From an uncultured Leptospirales bacterium (GTDB taxonomy: Bacteria; Spirochaetota; UBA4802; UBA5550): DNA of 51,658 nt. This document shows positions 44,276-51,658 of this stretch, one piece after another. The DNA lies in assembly GCA_964654045.1 (NCBI GenBank), contig CAZZHU010000001.1, positions 43,572 through 95,229 of the forward strand. The letters run 5' to 3'. The notes under the pieces are model-generated. The model ran no database searches. It worked only from the letters and a program-made list of their open reading frames with translations, and was not told where the DNA came from. The position numbers and the translations under genes are program-made. The number at the start of each line of letters is the position of its first letter. The stretch's first letter is position 1.

Positions 44276-44938
44276 TTACTTGGAGACCGCGGGCCCCTCT
44301 TTTTTCTCGAAGCGCATGCGGGCTATCTGGTAGATGATTGGAATCACTGAAATGATGATGATAGCAACCACGACCAGGGAGAAATACTTTTTCACGAAGG
44401 GCAGGTTCCCGAAGTAATATCCCGATAGAACGAAGACCGACGGCCACAGGATACCGCTGAAAATGTCAAAGATGAGGAACTTGGCGTAGTTCATCTTGCC
44501 GATCCCGGCCACGAAAGGCATGAAGGTCCTGATTATCGGGGCGAACCGGCCGAAGATAACCGCCAGTCCTCCATGCTTCTCGTAGAATTCATGGGTACGG
44601 TCGAGATGCTTCTTATTGAGAAAGCGCACGTTTTCCTTGTGGAATATCTTCGGGCCGATGGTGCGCCCGATCCAGTAGTTGACATTATCTCCGATAATGG
44701 CCGCGGCCGGAAACACCAGCATCAGGATCGTGACGTCGAATGAGCCGATGCCGGCGAGGGCTCCTGCCGCGAAGAGCAGCGAGTCGCCCGGAAGAAAGGG
44801 CGTGATAACGAGGCCTGTTTCGCAGAAGACGATTAGGAAGAGGATTATGTACGACCAGACGCCGAAGCTCTGGATGATCAGGTCCAGGTACCTGTCGACA
44901 TGAAGTACAATATCAATGAATTTCAGCAGTATTTCCAA
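44276..44938 (-). CDS. DedA-family membrane protein
   Basis: DedA/SNARE-associated pattern (CETGLVITPFLPGDSLLFAAGAL, FGRFAPIIRTFMPFVAG). TTG start with AAGGA upstream. Confidence 0.85.
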   Translation of the reverse strand: MEILLKFIDIVLHVDRYLDLIIQSFGVWSYIILFLIVFCETGLVITPFLPGDSLLFAAGALAGIGSFDVTILMLVFPAAAIIGDNVNYWIGRTIGPKIFHKENVRFLNKKHLDRTHEFYEKHGGLAVIFGRFAPIIRTFMPFVAGIGKMNYAKFLIFDIFSGILWPSVFVLSGYYFGNLPFVKKYFSLVVVAIIIISVIPIIYQIARMRFEKKEGPAVSK

Positions 44939-45263
44939 AGGTATATCCTTATTTGCTTATATGGGGCTTTCCCGAAAGGGGCGTTGCCGAACCCGCATTG
45001 TGGGAATAAAAAAACCTATTGCAATCGATGCCGGAAAACGCTAAAAAATAGGCGGATCTTTGTCAAGAACATATAATAAAGCCGGGTATGGGCCTTGATT
45101 CCCTGTTGCGGCCGGCCTTTGGCCATGATTCCCAGGAACCGGGATCGCCCCGGGCGTGGGAGAAAATCGCTTGCAATTTTTCAAGTTTGATACTGTCATT
45201 TAGTGTATTTCAGCATGGATACGTGTCGGGATGTCATTATACTATTGTTAAGGAGGATATTCC

Positions 45264-45881
45264 ATGATGAGAAATTTTTTAATAGGCGTTATCTGTTTTG
45301 GCGTGGCCATCACGGTCCTTTCCGGATGCAAAAAGAAGGATACGACCATTGATAATTTAAAAAGCGCGATTACCGGCGAGACCACGGCAAGCAAGAAATA
45401 TGCGGCCTTTTCCCAGAAGGCCAGGGAAGAGAAGCTTGAAAAGATTGCGAAGCTGTTTGAAGCTGCTTCAAAGGCCGAGGCAGCCCACGCGAAAAAGCAC
45501 ACCGAGGTTCTGGAAAAAATGGGCGTGAAAATGGACGCGATCAATCCCCAATTTACCGTAAAATCGACAAAAGAAAATCTGGATGATGCTTTTAAGGGAG
45601 AAACCCATGAAATTGATAGCATGTATCCAGATTTCATCAAAAAGGCAAAGGAAGAAGGCAAAGATGATGCTGTTTCCACGTTTGAATGGGCCTTCAAGGT
45701 TGAGAAAATGCACCAGGCTTTTTATAAGGCAGCCATTGATGCCCTGGCCGGGAATGACATGAAAAATCTTTCTGACACCTATGCCGTCTGCCCCATATGC
45801 GGAAATACCGTAAGCCCCAATGCGCCGAAAACATGTGAGATTTGCGGCGCCGGTCAGGCTGATTTCATGGTGATAAAGTAA
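45264..45881 (+). CDS. rbr: Rubrerythrin with N-terminal lipoprotein-type signal peptide
   Basis: Di-iron ligand motifs (GETTASKKY, EAAHAKKH, GETHEIDSMY, EKMHQAF) and a C-terminal rubredoxin-like CPICG...CEICG. The N-terminus MMRNFLIGVICFGVAITVLSGC has a lipobox. Confidence 0.85.
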   Translation: MMRNFLIGVICFGVAITVLSGCKKKDTTIDNLKSAITGETTASKKYAAFSQKAREEKLEKIAKLFEAASKAEAAHAKKHTEVLEKMGVKMDAINPQFTVKSTKENLDDAFKGETHEIDSMYPDFIKKAKEEGKDDAVSTFEWAFKVEKMHQAFYKAAIDALAGNDMKNLSDTYAVCPICGNTVSPNAPKTCEICGAGQADFMVIK

Positions 45882-45889
45882 TCCATGAA

Positions 45890-45921
45890 GCCAGGGAGGC
45901 GCTTTCAGGCGCAACCCTGGC
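45890..45921 (+). terminator. Possible stem-loop after rubrerythrin
   Basis: GCCAGGG (45890-45896) pairs with CCCTGGC (45915-45921), with an inner GCGC/GCGC pairing. There is no U-tract. Confidence 0.35.
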
Positions 45922-46068
45922 CCATATTGTTGCTTCCTGTCCCGGATTCGAACCATTGCCGCTCTCAGACAGGCCTGCATGAACCGCAATATGTCGCATG
46001 ACATCCATCATGAAAAAAAATAAGACATGCTGTTTAAAAAAAATTATTGATTGTATACAGAATTCAGG

Positions 46069-46096
46069 TTGACAACCCCTATATTTAATGTATCAA
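46069..46096 (+). promoter_or_regulatory. Possible sigma-70 promoter: TTGACA-N16-TATCAA
   Basis: -35 at 46069-46074 and -10 at 46091-46096, about 90 nt upstream of the rnk-like ATG (46183). Confidence 0.4.
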
Positions 46097-46182
46097 TTAT
46101 TATCCCGGTATTGGTATCGGGTCTTTTCCGGTCTTTAGAATAAACCATTATGAAACTTCTGTGGGGGATTCGGGGAGGCTGT

Positions 46183-46590
46183 ATGCGCAAGTATAAGATT
46201 TTTACCCGTCATGATTATGAAAGACTCTGGGGTGTCATTGAAAGCTCGGAAGGCATATCCGGCGACCTGGCCGGTAACGCGAAAACGCTGAAGCGCGATC
46301 TTGAGCATTCCCGCCTGGTCGAACCGGATGAGATCAGGCCCAATATAGTCACCATGAATTCTAAATTTTACCTGAAGAACCTGGGCAACGGCAAAAAGGA
46401 TATATATTCCCTGGTTTTCCCGAAGGACAGCACGGAAAAAAATAAAATCAACGTATTATCCGGTTTGGGGATGCAGATCCTGGGCAGCACCATCGGGACG
46501 GTCGTTAAGACAAACCCCGCAGGGGAACAATACTATGTTATTGATGATATAGTGTATCAGCCAGAGGCGGCCGGCGATTATCACCTCTGA
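46183..46590 (+). CDS. rnk: GreA/GreB-family regulator, Rnk (nucleoside diphosphate kinase regulator)-like
   Basis: The short N-terminal coiled region plus a C-terminal GreA-type domain (VTMNSKFYLKNLGNGKKDIYSLVFP...INVLSGLGMQILGSTIGTVV) is typical of Rnk. The ORF is open from 46150. Confidence 0.7.
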   Translation: MRKYKIFTRHDYERLWGVIESSEGISGDLAGNAKTLKRDLEHSRLVEPDEIRPNIVTMNSKFYLKNLGNGKKDIYSLVFPKDSTEKNKINVLSGLGMQILGSTIGTVVKTNPAGEQYYVIDDIVYQPEAAGDYHL

Positions 46591-46615
46591 GATCCTCCGA
46601 GACGTTCGTAACAAT

Positions 46616-46654
46616 CCAGCCACCCACCAGTGGACAACCCTGGCGTTTTTTTTT
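46616..46654 (+). terminator. Rho-independent terminator
   Basis: Nested stems CCAG-CCAC...GTGG...CTGG (46616-46643) followed by a run of nine T (46646-46654). Confidence 0.55.
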
Positions 46655-46752
46655 GCTTGCATAAAATTTACCGTTTGGTTGAGTATGCTCCGGTATTCTG
46701 TAGCTTCCCGATCATGCAATTAATATTCTTGGAATCAAGCACGGTATGAACA

Positions 46753-47265
46753 ATGAAATCATTTCTGGATGAAATAAGGAAACTTATCGCACAAAACAGG
46801 CAAATGCTGCTGTACGGTGCTTCCCTCACGCTGGTTCTGGCGCTTTATTTTATCATCTGGCATTTTACCATTATTACCCTCGGCTCGTTCTATTCAATAC
46901 TTGATGTGGCGGACAGTTTTCTGAAGCGAACAAATTATTATCTCCTGGAAAGCTTTATTTTTGCGAGTGTGGCCTGCATCGTAATGATCTCGGTAAGGAA
47001 GCCATTGATAAAAAAGATTTTCATCGGGCTCTTCCTGGCCGTTTTCTTCGGATCGGAAATAATAAGGATTGTGGACTGGGGCGCTCTCTATTTCATGGGC
47101 AATCATGTCGACAGCAATTTCTGGGCCCACGCTTTTTATACTGACGGCCTGGTCTTCCTCATCGCCAAGGAGTCATTGGCGATGTATGCGTCCGTCATGG
47201 CATTCTTCGCGGCAATGTTCGTTATACTGAAAAAAATGTATCTGGTCAGCATTTCGGAGAACTGA
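46753..47265 (+). CDS. Polytopic membrane protein (about 5 TM), resembles the membrane module of LtaS-type enzymes
   Basis: 170 aa, hydrophobic throughout. It ends at a TGA in the same frame as, and 3 nt before, the sulfatase ORF. Confidence 0.5.
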   Translation: MKSFLDEIRKLIAQNRQMLLYGASLTLVLALYFIIWHFTIITLGSFYSILDVADSFLKRTNYYLLESFIFASVACIVMISVRKPLIKKIFIGLFLAVFFGSEIIRIVDWGALYFMGNHVDSNFWAHAFYTDGLVFLIAKESLAMYASVMAFFAAMFVILKKMYLVSISEN

Positions 47266-47268
47266 GTA

Positions 47269-48846
47269 ATGAAACTGAAACTTGTATTAATCATCATATG
47301 CGCTAACTGCGCTGTCTGCCTGGTGTGCGGCGGCATCGTGTATTCGCTGACGTCGCTGGGCGGATTGATCCGCGACCGGAGCGCCGGGAGCGACAGGGAC
47401 GTGGTTGCCATCGACCTCAAGAAAGAAACGCTGATGGACCGTCAAAAAACACTGGATGCGGCCGAATCAATAAAGAAGACTTATTCTCAGGTAAAGACCA
47501 CTGATCCCCACATTTATAACCGGCTCCCGGAACGGGAGTTCTTCAGGTCTCTCCTGAATTATTTCTTTTTCTCGCATGTCCTCAGTTCCAGGGAAGTTGT
47601 CCTGGATAAGGAAATGATCGATGGGTTCAAGACGCAGGGCATCCTCCTCTATTCCATGGATAAAAAGTATCCTTTCATGAAAAAAAGCATTTATATTGAC
47701 CGGTCGCGTAAGAGTTATAACAAGCCGGTTATCCGCCCCGGGGCCAACGTTATTATAATTTTTGTCGAATCGTTCTCGCAATTTTTCCTCAGGGATGACA
47801 TTCACGGCGTGAAAGGGCTTTTCCCCAATATCAAGGAGATGGAGCGGGAATCGTTCGCGTTTACCGATATGACCAATACCAGCTACCCGACCCTCAAGGG
47901 CCTCATCGCCGCCCTGGGATCGGCCGTCTACCTCCTCGACGAGAGCGTGGGGGGGACCCGCATACCGGTCCCGTGCCGGTTCCTGTTCCTGTCGAATATT
48001 GTAAAGAAGCTTGATTACACGACGGTCCATGTCCAGGCCGGGAGCGAGCTCTTCATCGGCATGAAGAATTTGTTCATGGAGCGGGAAGGATATGATTATT
48101 TTTACGGGAGCGAAAGCCTCGCCCTTGACAATATCAGCAGGCTCGAAAGGGGTTTCGGCGTCGATGACGATAAGGTCTTTGACTACACCATCGAATGGCT
48201 GGAGAAATATCAGGAAAACAGGCCCTTTCTGCTGACCATATCCACCATCAATTCGCACCCTCCCTACAAGGGATCGCATAAGCATCCCGGTGCCGGGGGC
48301 AACCCGATGCTGAACGGGTTCTATTCCACCGACAGGGCTTTCGGAAAGTTCTGGGATTTTTTCAAAAAATCGAAGTTCAACGGCAACACCGTGGTTATCC
48401 TGACGGCCGATCACGCCATGGGTAACAGCAATGAGTATATATCATTCGTAAAGAATTTCGAGGATCACTACCGGCCCTTCTTTGACACGATCCCCTGCTT
48501 CATCTATTTCCCGGGCGGCGCCTGGAAGGGCGTGAAGAACAATACTCCCTGTGTCAGCCTGGACCTGACGCCCACCATTCTTGACATGATGAACCTGGAC
48601 CTGGCGAATCCCTTCATGGGGCTTTCCATATTCTCCGAGCGTCCCTATTACGTGAGACCGGGGAGCATCGGACAGAGCGTTGGACAGGATAAAGGAAAGG
48701 ATAAAGGAAAGGGTAAAGGACAGGATCTAAGCATGAACATGGACGTCAGGCAGTTTGAATATGCCAAGAAACTGCTTGGTTTTCTCCTCAATGTCTATCG
48801 TGAGGACAGGATCCTTCCCAGGGATTATACGGTGAAACTGTATTGA
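47269..48846 (+). CDS. Sulfatase-family protein (LTA synthase / phosphoglycerol-transferase-like)
   Basis: N-terminal TM helix and alkaline-phosphatase-superfamily motifs (IIIFVESFSQ, NTSYPTLKGLIAALG, VVILTADHAMG). Confidence 0.75.
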   Translation: MKLKLVLIIICANCAVCLVCGGIVYSLTSLGGLIRDRSAGSDRDVVAIDLKKETLMDRQKTLDAAESIKKTYSQVKTTDPHIYNRLPEREFFRSLLNYFFFSHVLSSREVVLDKEMIDGFKTQGILLYSMDKKYPFMKKSIYIDRSRKSYNKPVIRPGANVIIIFVESFSQFFLRDDIHGVKGLFPNIKEMERESFAFTDMTNTSYPTLKGLIAALGSAVYLLDESVGGTRIPVPCRFLFLSNIVKKLDYTTVHVQAGSELFIGMKNLFMEREGYDYFYGSESLALDNISRLERGFGVDDDKVFDYTIEWLEKYQENRPFLLTISTINSHPPYKGSHKHPGAGGNPMLNGFYSTDRAFGKFWDFFKKSKFNGNTVVILTADHAMGNSNEYISFVKNFEDHYRPFFDTIPCFIYFPGGAWKGVKNNTPCVSLDLTPTILDMMNLDLANPFMGLSIFSERPYYVRPGSIGQSVGQDKGKDKGKGKGQDLSMNMDVRQFEYAKKLLGFLLNVYREDRILPRDYTVKLY

Positions 48847-48863
48847 TGAATGAGGGATAATAC

Positions 48864-49319
48864 ATGCTGAAAACCATCGCATCACTCCTGACCGGTAAAA
48901 AGGAAAGCCCCCGTCCCGGCGCCGGTGGCCATGATAAACGCATAGAAATCGCCGCCTGCGTGCTGCTCCTGGAAATGGCGAAGGCCGATGATGAGTTTGC
49001 GCAATCCGAGCTGCATACGATACGGGACATTTTGAAAAGCGGCCTGAATCTTCCGGAGGGTGAGATCGACGGGATACTTGCCATTGCCGAACATGAGCAG
49101 GAAGAGGCAACGGACCTCTGGGCTTACACCAACCTGATTAATGAAAATTTTGAAAAAACCGAGAAGCTGAAGCTCATTGAGATGATCTGGAAAATCGCAT
49201 ACTCTGACGGCCGCCTCGACCAGTACGAGGATTACCTTGTCCATCAGTTGGCCAACCTGCTTCACGTGCCCCACAGCGACCTGATCGCGGCCAAGCTCAG
49301 GGTGAAGAACGGCGGCTGA
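48864..49319 (+). CDS. TerB-like (tellurite-resistance TerB family) protein
   Basis: 151 aa. AACVLLLEMAKADDEFAQSELHTI and MIWKIAYSDGRLDQYEDYLVHQLANLL match the TerB-type repeated helix pattern. Confidence 0.6.
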   Translation: MLKTIASLLTGKKESPRPGAGGHDKRIEIAACVLLLEMAKADDEFAQSELHTIRDILKSGLNLPEGEIDGILAIAEHEQEEATDLWAYTNLINENFEKTEKLKLIEMIWKIAYSDGRLDQYEDYLVHQLANLLHVPHSDLIAAKLRVKNGG

Positions 49320-49454
49320 AGGCCGTCATGAATCCGGGGAGACTTCCCCCGATTACCCCGGGAAATCCCCGATCCCGTCCGGCGGCGTCTGAACGCAGGC
49401 AGCCGCCACGATGGGTGCCGTGATCCGGATAAGAACCATGGGCTGCCGGGTGAT

Positions 49455-50438
49455 CTATTTGAAGAGGACGCTCATCTTCTTGATTGCCATCGCGTAGGTC
49501 TCTTCCAGGGACAGCCTGGACTTGTAACCCGCCGCGTTCCGGTGCCCGCCGCCCCCGTTTTCCATGGCGATTTTCGCCACGTCCAGTTCGCCCTTGGTGC
49601 GCATGCTCACCTTGACGGGACCGTCAAGATCCTGCTTGACCAGGAGGCTCGCCACCACGCCCTTGACGGTGAGGGGCATGTTGATGGCCGGTTCCCCCTC
49701 GGTGAAGGTGGCGCCGGAAGTCTTCAGCATCTCCGGTGTCAGCTTCATGGCGATCATCCTGCCGTCGTTGAGCACCTCCATGCTGGAGAGGACATGGCTC
49801 CGGAGTTCGAAGCTTGAAAGGGCGTTCTGTTCGTATATCTGCTCATGGATGAAAAAGGGCACGACTCCCAGTTGTTCCAGGTGCGCCGCGATGCTGAAGG
49901 TTTCAGGCGATGTCTTCGGGTACACGAAGGAACCGGTATCGAAGACGATCCCCGCGAAGAGGGCCTGCGCGGCCCGGAGTGATATCGGCTTGTTGTAGTG
50001 CCTGATGATGTTATACACGATCTCGCACACGGAAGAGGCTTCCGCCTTGATGATATTGGACCCGGCCCGTTCCGCCTCGCCCTCGTGGTGGTCGATTATG
50101 AAGTACGCCCGCACCTTGTCCTTCAGGACGTGGTAGGCGGATCCGATGTTGTCGTAATCGTTCGTGTCCAGGACGAGCTGCGCGTATTCGGTGATGTCAT
50201 CGGGCAGGGTGAAGGATCCGTTCATCACGTTGATGTTGTGTTCCATGTCCAGGAAGTTGAAGGTCTCGGGCGTCGGATCGGAATTGATGATCAGCGGATG
50301 CTTCCCCAGGCTTTTAAGGAGCTCGAACATCGCGATTTCGCCGCCGAGGCCGTCCCAGTCCGGGCTTTCATGCGTTGATATGACGAACTTGTCATACTTC
50401 TCAAGGAATGCGTCGAGATAGCCCAGTTCTTCACGCAT
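49455..50438 (-). CDS. nrnA: DHH-family phosphoesterase, NrnA-like (oligoribonuclease / pAp phosphatase)
   Basis: HESPDWDGLGG, DTND, IIDHH and GGGH motifs. The ATG overlaps the glyQ TGA by 1 nt. Confidence 0.8.
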   Translation of the reverse strand: MREELGYLDAFLEKYDKFVISTHESPDWDGLGGEIAMFELLKSLGKHPLIINSDPTPETFNFLDMEHNINVMNGSFTLPDDITEYAQLVLDTNDYDNIGSAYHVLKDKVRAYFIIDHHEGEAERAGSNIIKAEASSVCEIVYNIIRHYNKPISLRAAQALFAGIVFDTGSFVYPKTSPETFSIAAHLEQLGVVPFFIHEQIYEQNALSSFELRSHVLSSMEVLNDGRMIAMKLTPEMLKTSGATFTEGEPAINMPLTVKGVVASLLVKQDLDGPVKVSMRTKGELDVAKIAMENGGGGHRNAAGYKSRLSLEETYAMAIKKMSVLFK

Positions 50439-51334
50439 CAAACGGCCCTGGCTTCCTGTTTTTTACAAAGCGGAAAACCCATTTCCTCGCGTATGGCCAC
50501 GTATTGTTCGGCGCAGCGCCGGGCGATAGTGCGCACCCGCGTGATGTACCCGACGCGCTCGGTTACCGATATGGCCCCGCGGGCGTCAAGCATGTTGAAG
50601 ACATGGGAGCATTTCAGCACGTAATCGTAGGCGGGCAGCACGATCTTCTGCTTCGGGTTGTCGAGTATGGCAAGGCATTCCTTTTCATACAGGTCAAAGA
50701 GCCTGAAATGGAGGTCGGTTCCGGCGATGTTGAAATTGTAGTGGGAGAACTCGAACTCGCTCTGGCGGTGCACTTCGCCGTACCGGACGTTCTCGTTCCA
50801 CATGATTTCCGTGAAGTGATTGACCCCCTGCAGGTACATGCATATCCGCTCAAGCCCGTACGTCAGTTCCACGGATACGGGGTTCAGCTCCATGCTTCCG
50901 CACTGCTGGAAGTAGGTGAACTGCGTTATCTCCATGCCGTCGAGCCATACTTCCCAGCCGAGGCCGGCGGCGCCCAGGGTCGGCGATTCCCAGTCGTCCT
51001 CGACGAAGCGGACATCGTGCTCCTCCAGCTTGACACCGAGGTGCCTGAGTGAGTCGAGATACTGGTCCTGGACATCTACGGGGGAGGGCTTCAGGATGAC
51101 CTGGTACTGGTAGTAGTGCTGCAGGCGGTTCGGGTTGTCGCCGTACCGGCCGTCAGTGGGCCGCCGCGAAGGCTCGACGTAGGCCACCTTCCACGGTTCC
51201 GGGCCCAGGACGCGGAGGAACGTGGCCGGATTGAAGGTGCCGGCCCCGACTTCCAGGTCATATCCCTGGATAACAAGGCATCCCTTTTGAGCCCAGTATT
51301 CATTAAGCTTGGCGATCAAATCCTGAAAATACAT
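50438..51334 (-). CDS. glyQ: Glycine--tRNA ligase alpha subunit
   Basis: [19 protein letters not shown]...[26 protein letters not shown] is the highly conserved GlyQ sequence. I took the start at ATG 51334, but the ORF stays open to 51403. Confidence 0.9.
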   Translation of the reverse strand: MYFQDLIAKLNEYWAQKGCLVIQGYDLEVGAGTFNPATFLRVLGPEPWKVAYVEPSRRPTDGRYGDNPNRLQHYYQYQVILKPSPVDVQDQYLDSLRHLGVKLEEHDVRFVEDDWESPTLGAAGLGWEVWLDGMEITQFTYFQQCGSMELNPVSVELTYGLERICMYLQGVNHFTEIMWNENVRYGEVHRQSEFEFSHYNFNIAGTDLHFRLFDLYEKECLAILDNPKQKIVLPAYDYVLKCSHVFNMLDARGAISVTERVGYITRVRTIARRCAEQYVAIREEMGFPLCKKQEARAV

Positions 51335-51499
51335 CTCAAACTCCTCGGTACAGGGAGGCCTCTCCGGCCCCGCGCAGGTGATGGTCGACTCTGGGTCGTG
51401 CAATTAATTTGTCCATAAAATTATTTTAGTCAAGTAATTTATTTGGACGCGGCCATGAGGGGGGGCGCGTGATCCGGCCTCCATCTCCGGGGGCGTGCC

Positions 51500-51658
51500 T
51501 TACAGGTGCGCCATGTCCTGGCTTTCGTAGGATTCGCGGAGGCTTTTGTGGAGTATGTCAAAAGATTTCCGGTCCATCAGGTTGAAGAATTTAAGGACGT
51601 CTTCATCGATGAATTCGTAGCGGAACCGGTTCTTGTCGATTTCCACCAGGCAGTCGGC
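51500..51658 (-). CDS. 3' end of an unidentified CDS running off the window
   Basis: The frame is open from the window edge to TAA (51502-51500), translating as ...EIDKNRFRYEFIDEDVLKFFNLMDRKSFDILHKSLRESYESQDMAHL*. I recognise no motif. Confidence 0.4.
   Translation of the reverse strand, partial: ADCLVEIDKNRFRYEFIDEDVLKFFNLMDRKSFDILHKSLRESYESQDMAHL

Noticed and set aside
44203-45263. Possible yybP-ykoY (Mn) riboswitch upstream of the TerC and DedA genes.
   Set aside because: Neither the 73-bp terC leader nor the dedA upstream region contains the conserved GGGGAGTAG-type core. The best terC promoter (TTGACA/TATAAT) has a non-functional-looking 20-bp spacer.
45944-45954. GGATTCGAACC, the reverse complement of the tRNA T-loop word GGTTCGAATCC, downstream of rubrerythrin. 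It suggests a minus-strand tRNA or an att-site remnant.
   Set aside because: The flanking 5-mers (AATGG/CCGGG) form only three pairs. I could fold no acceptor stem, anticodon arm or CCA context. At most it is a decayed tRNA fragment.
48688-48726. Short codon repeat GATAAAGGAAAGGATAAAGGAAAGGGTAAAGGACAGGAT, encoding DKGKDKGKGKGQD, near the sulfatase C-terminus.
   Set aside because: This is a simple low-complexity linker inside a well-supported CDS, with no sign of an independent element. It is possibly slippage-prone but unremarkable.
51335-51499. Possible T-box leader upstream of glyQ.
   Set aside because: No specifier-loop or T-box consensus (AGAGA...GGTGGTACCGCG-like) sequence is visible, and the region is only 165 bp. 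T-box control of glyQS is a Firmicutes feature, and this gene set looks diderm.

Overview
This 51.7-kb window looks like a chromosomal segment from a diderm (Gram-negative-type) bacterium. By eye it is about 50-55% G+C. I call about 44 protein-coding genes. They fall into five groups:
- Envelope: an OmpA-domain protein, a FadL-like barrel, LolA-like, ComEC, TerC, DedA and an LtaS-like sulfatase.
- Signalling: a GHKL-HDOD protein, a 7TM-PAS-PP2C phosphatase, a STAS protein and a PrsW-cNMP fusion.
- Translation and RNA: a stand-alone EF-G, ABC-F, HrpB, NrnA, GlyQ and Rnk.
- Redox and metabolism: two nitroreductases, a crotonase, YgiQ radical SAM, ADP-forming acetyl-CoA synthetase, acyl-CoA ligase and rubrerythrin.
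- Regulators: DtxR and TetR family members.

I see no rRNA, intact tRNA, CRISPR array, transposase or integrase. The gene content is compatible with a spirochaete-like or deltaproteobacterium-like organism, but I cannot assign taxonomy from the sequence alone.

The most unusual signals are two short DNA word families that no gene model explains:
- R1 is a 14-16 bp near-palindrome, ACCGATA(AC/GT)TATCGGT, with nine copies. Three sit in tandem between convergent genes, one abuts the ABC-F start codon, two lie inside the conserved ygiQ and hrpB reading frames, and three surround or sit inside a roughly 30% G+C orphan gene.
- R2 is GGGGTCAGAGTAAAA, with nine perfect 10-bp cores plus two variants, mostly in intergenic regions.

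The two families co-cluster at the same loci. The orphan AT-rich gene at 37381-37863 is bracketed by 17-bp direct repeats containing R1, and it is my best candidate for an undescribed element, possibly a DNA-binding protein together with its recognition sites.

Secondary observations are an apparently kinase-less STAS / PrsW-cNMP / PP2C same-strand cluster, a GHKL-HDOD fusion, a ComEC with a degenerate nuclease motif, a rubrerythrin with a lipoprotein signal, and an in-frame TGA between a membrane ORF and a sulfatase ORF.

All functional calls rest on motifs I recognise in the translated ORFs. I ran no database search.
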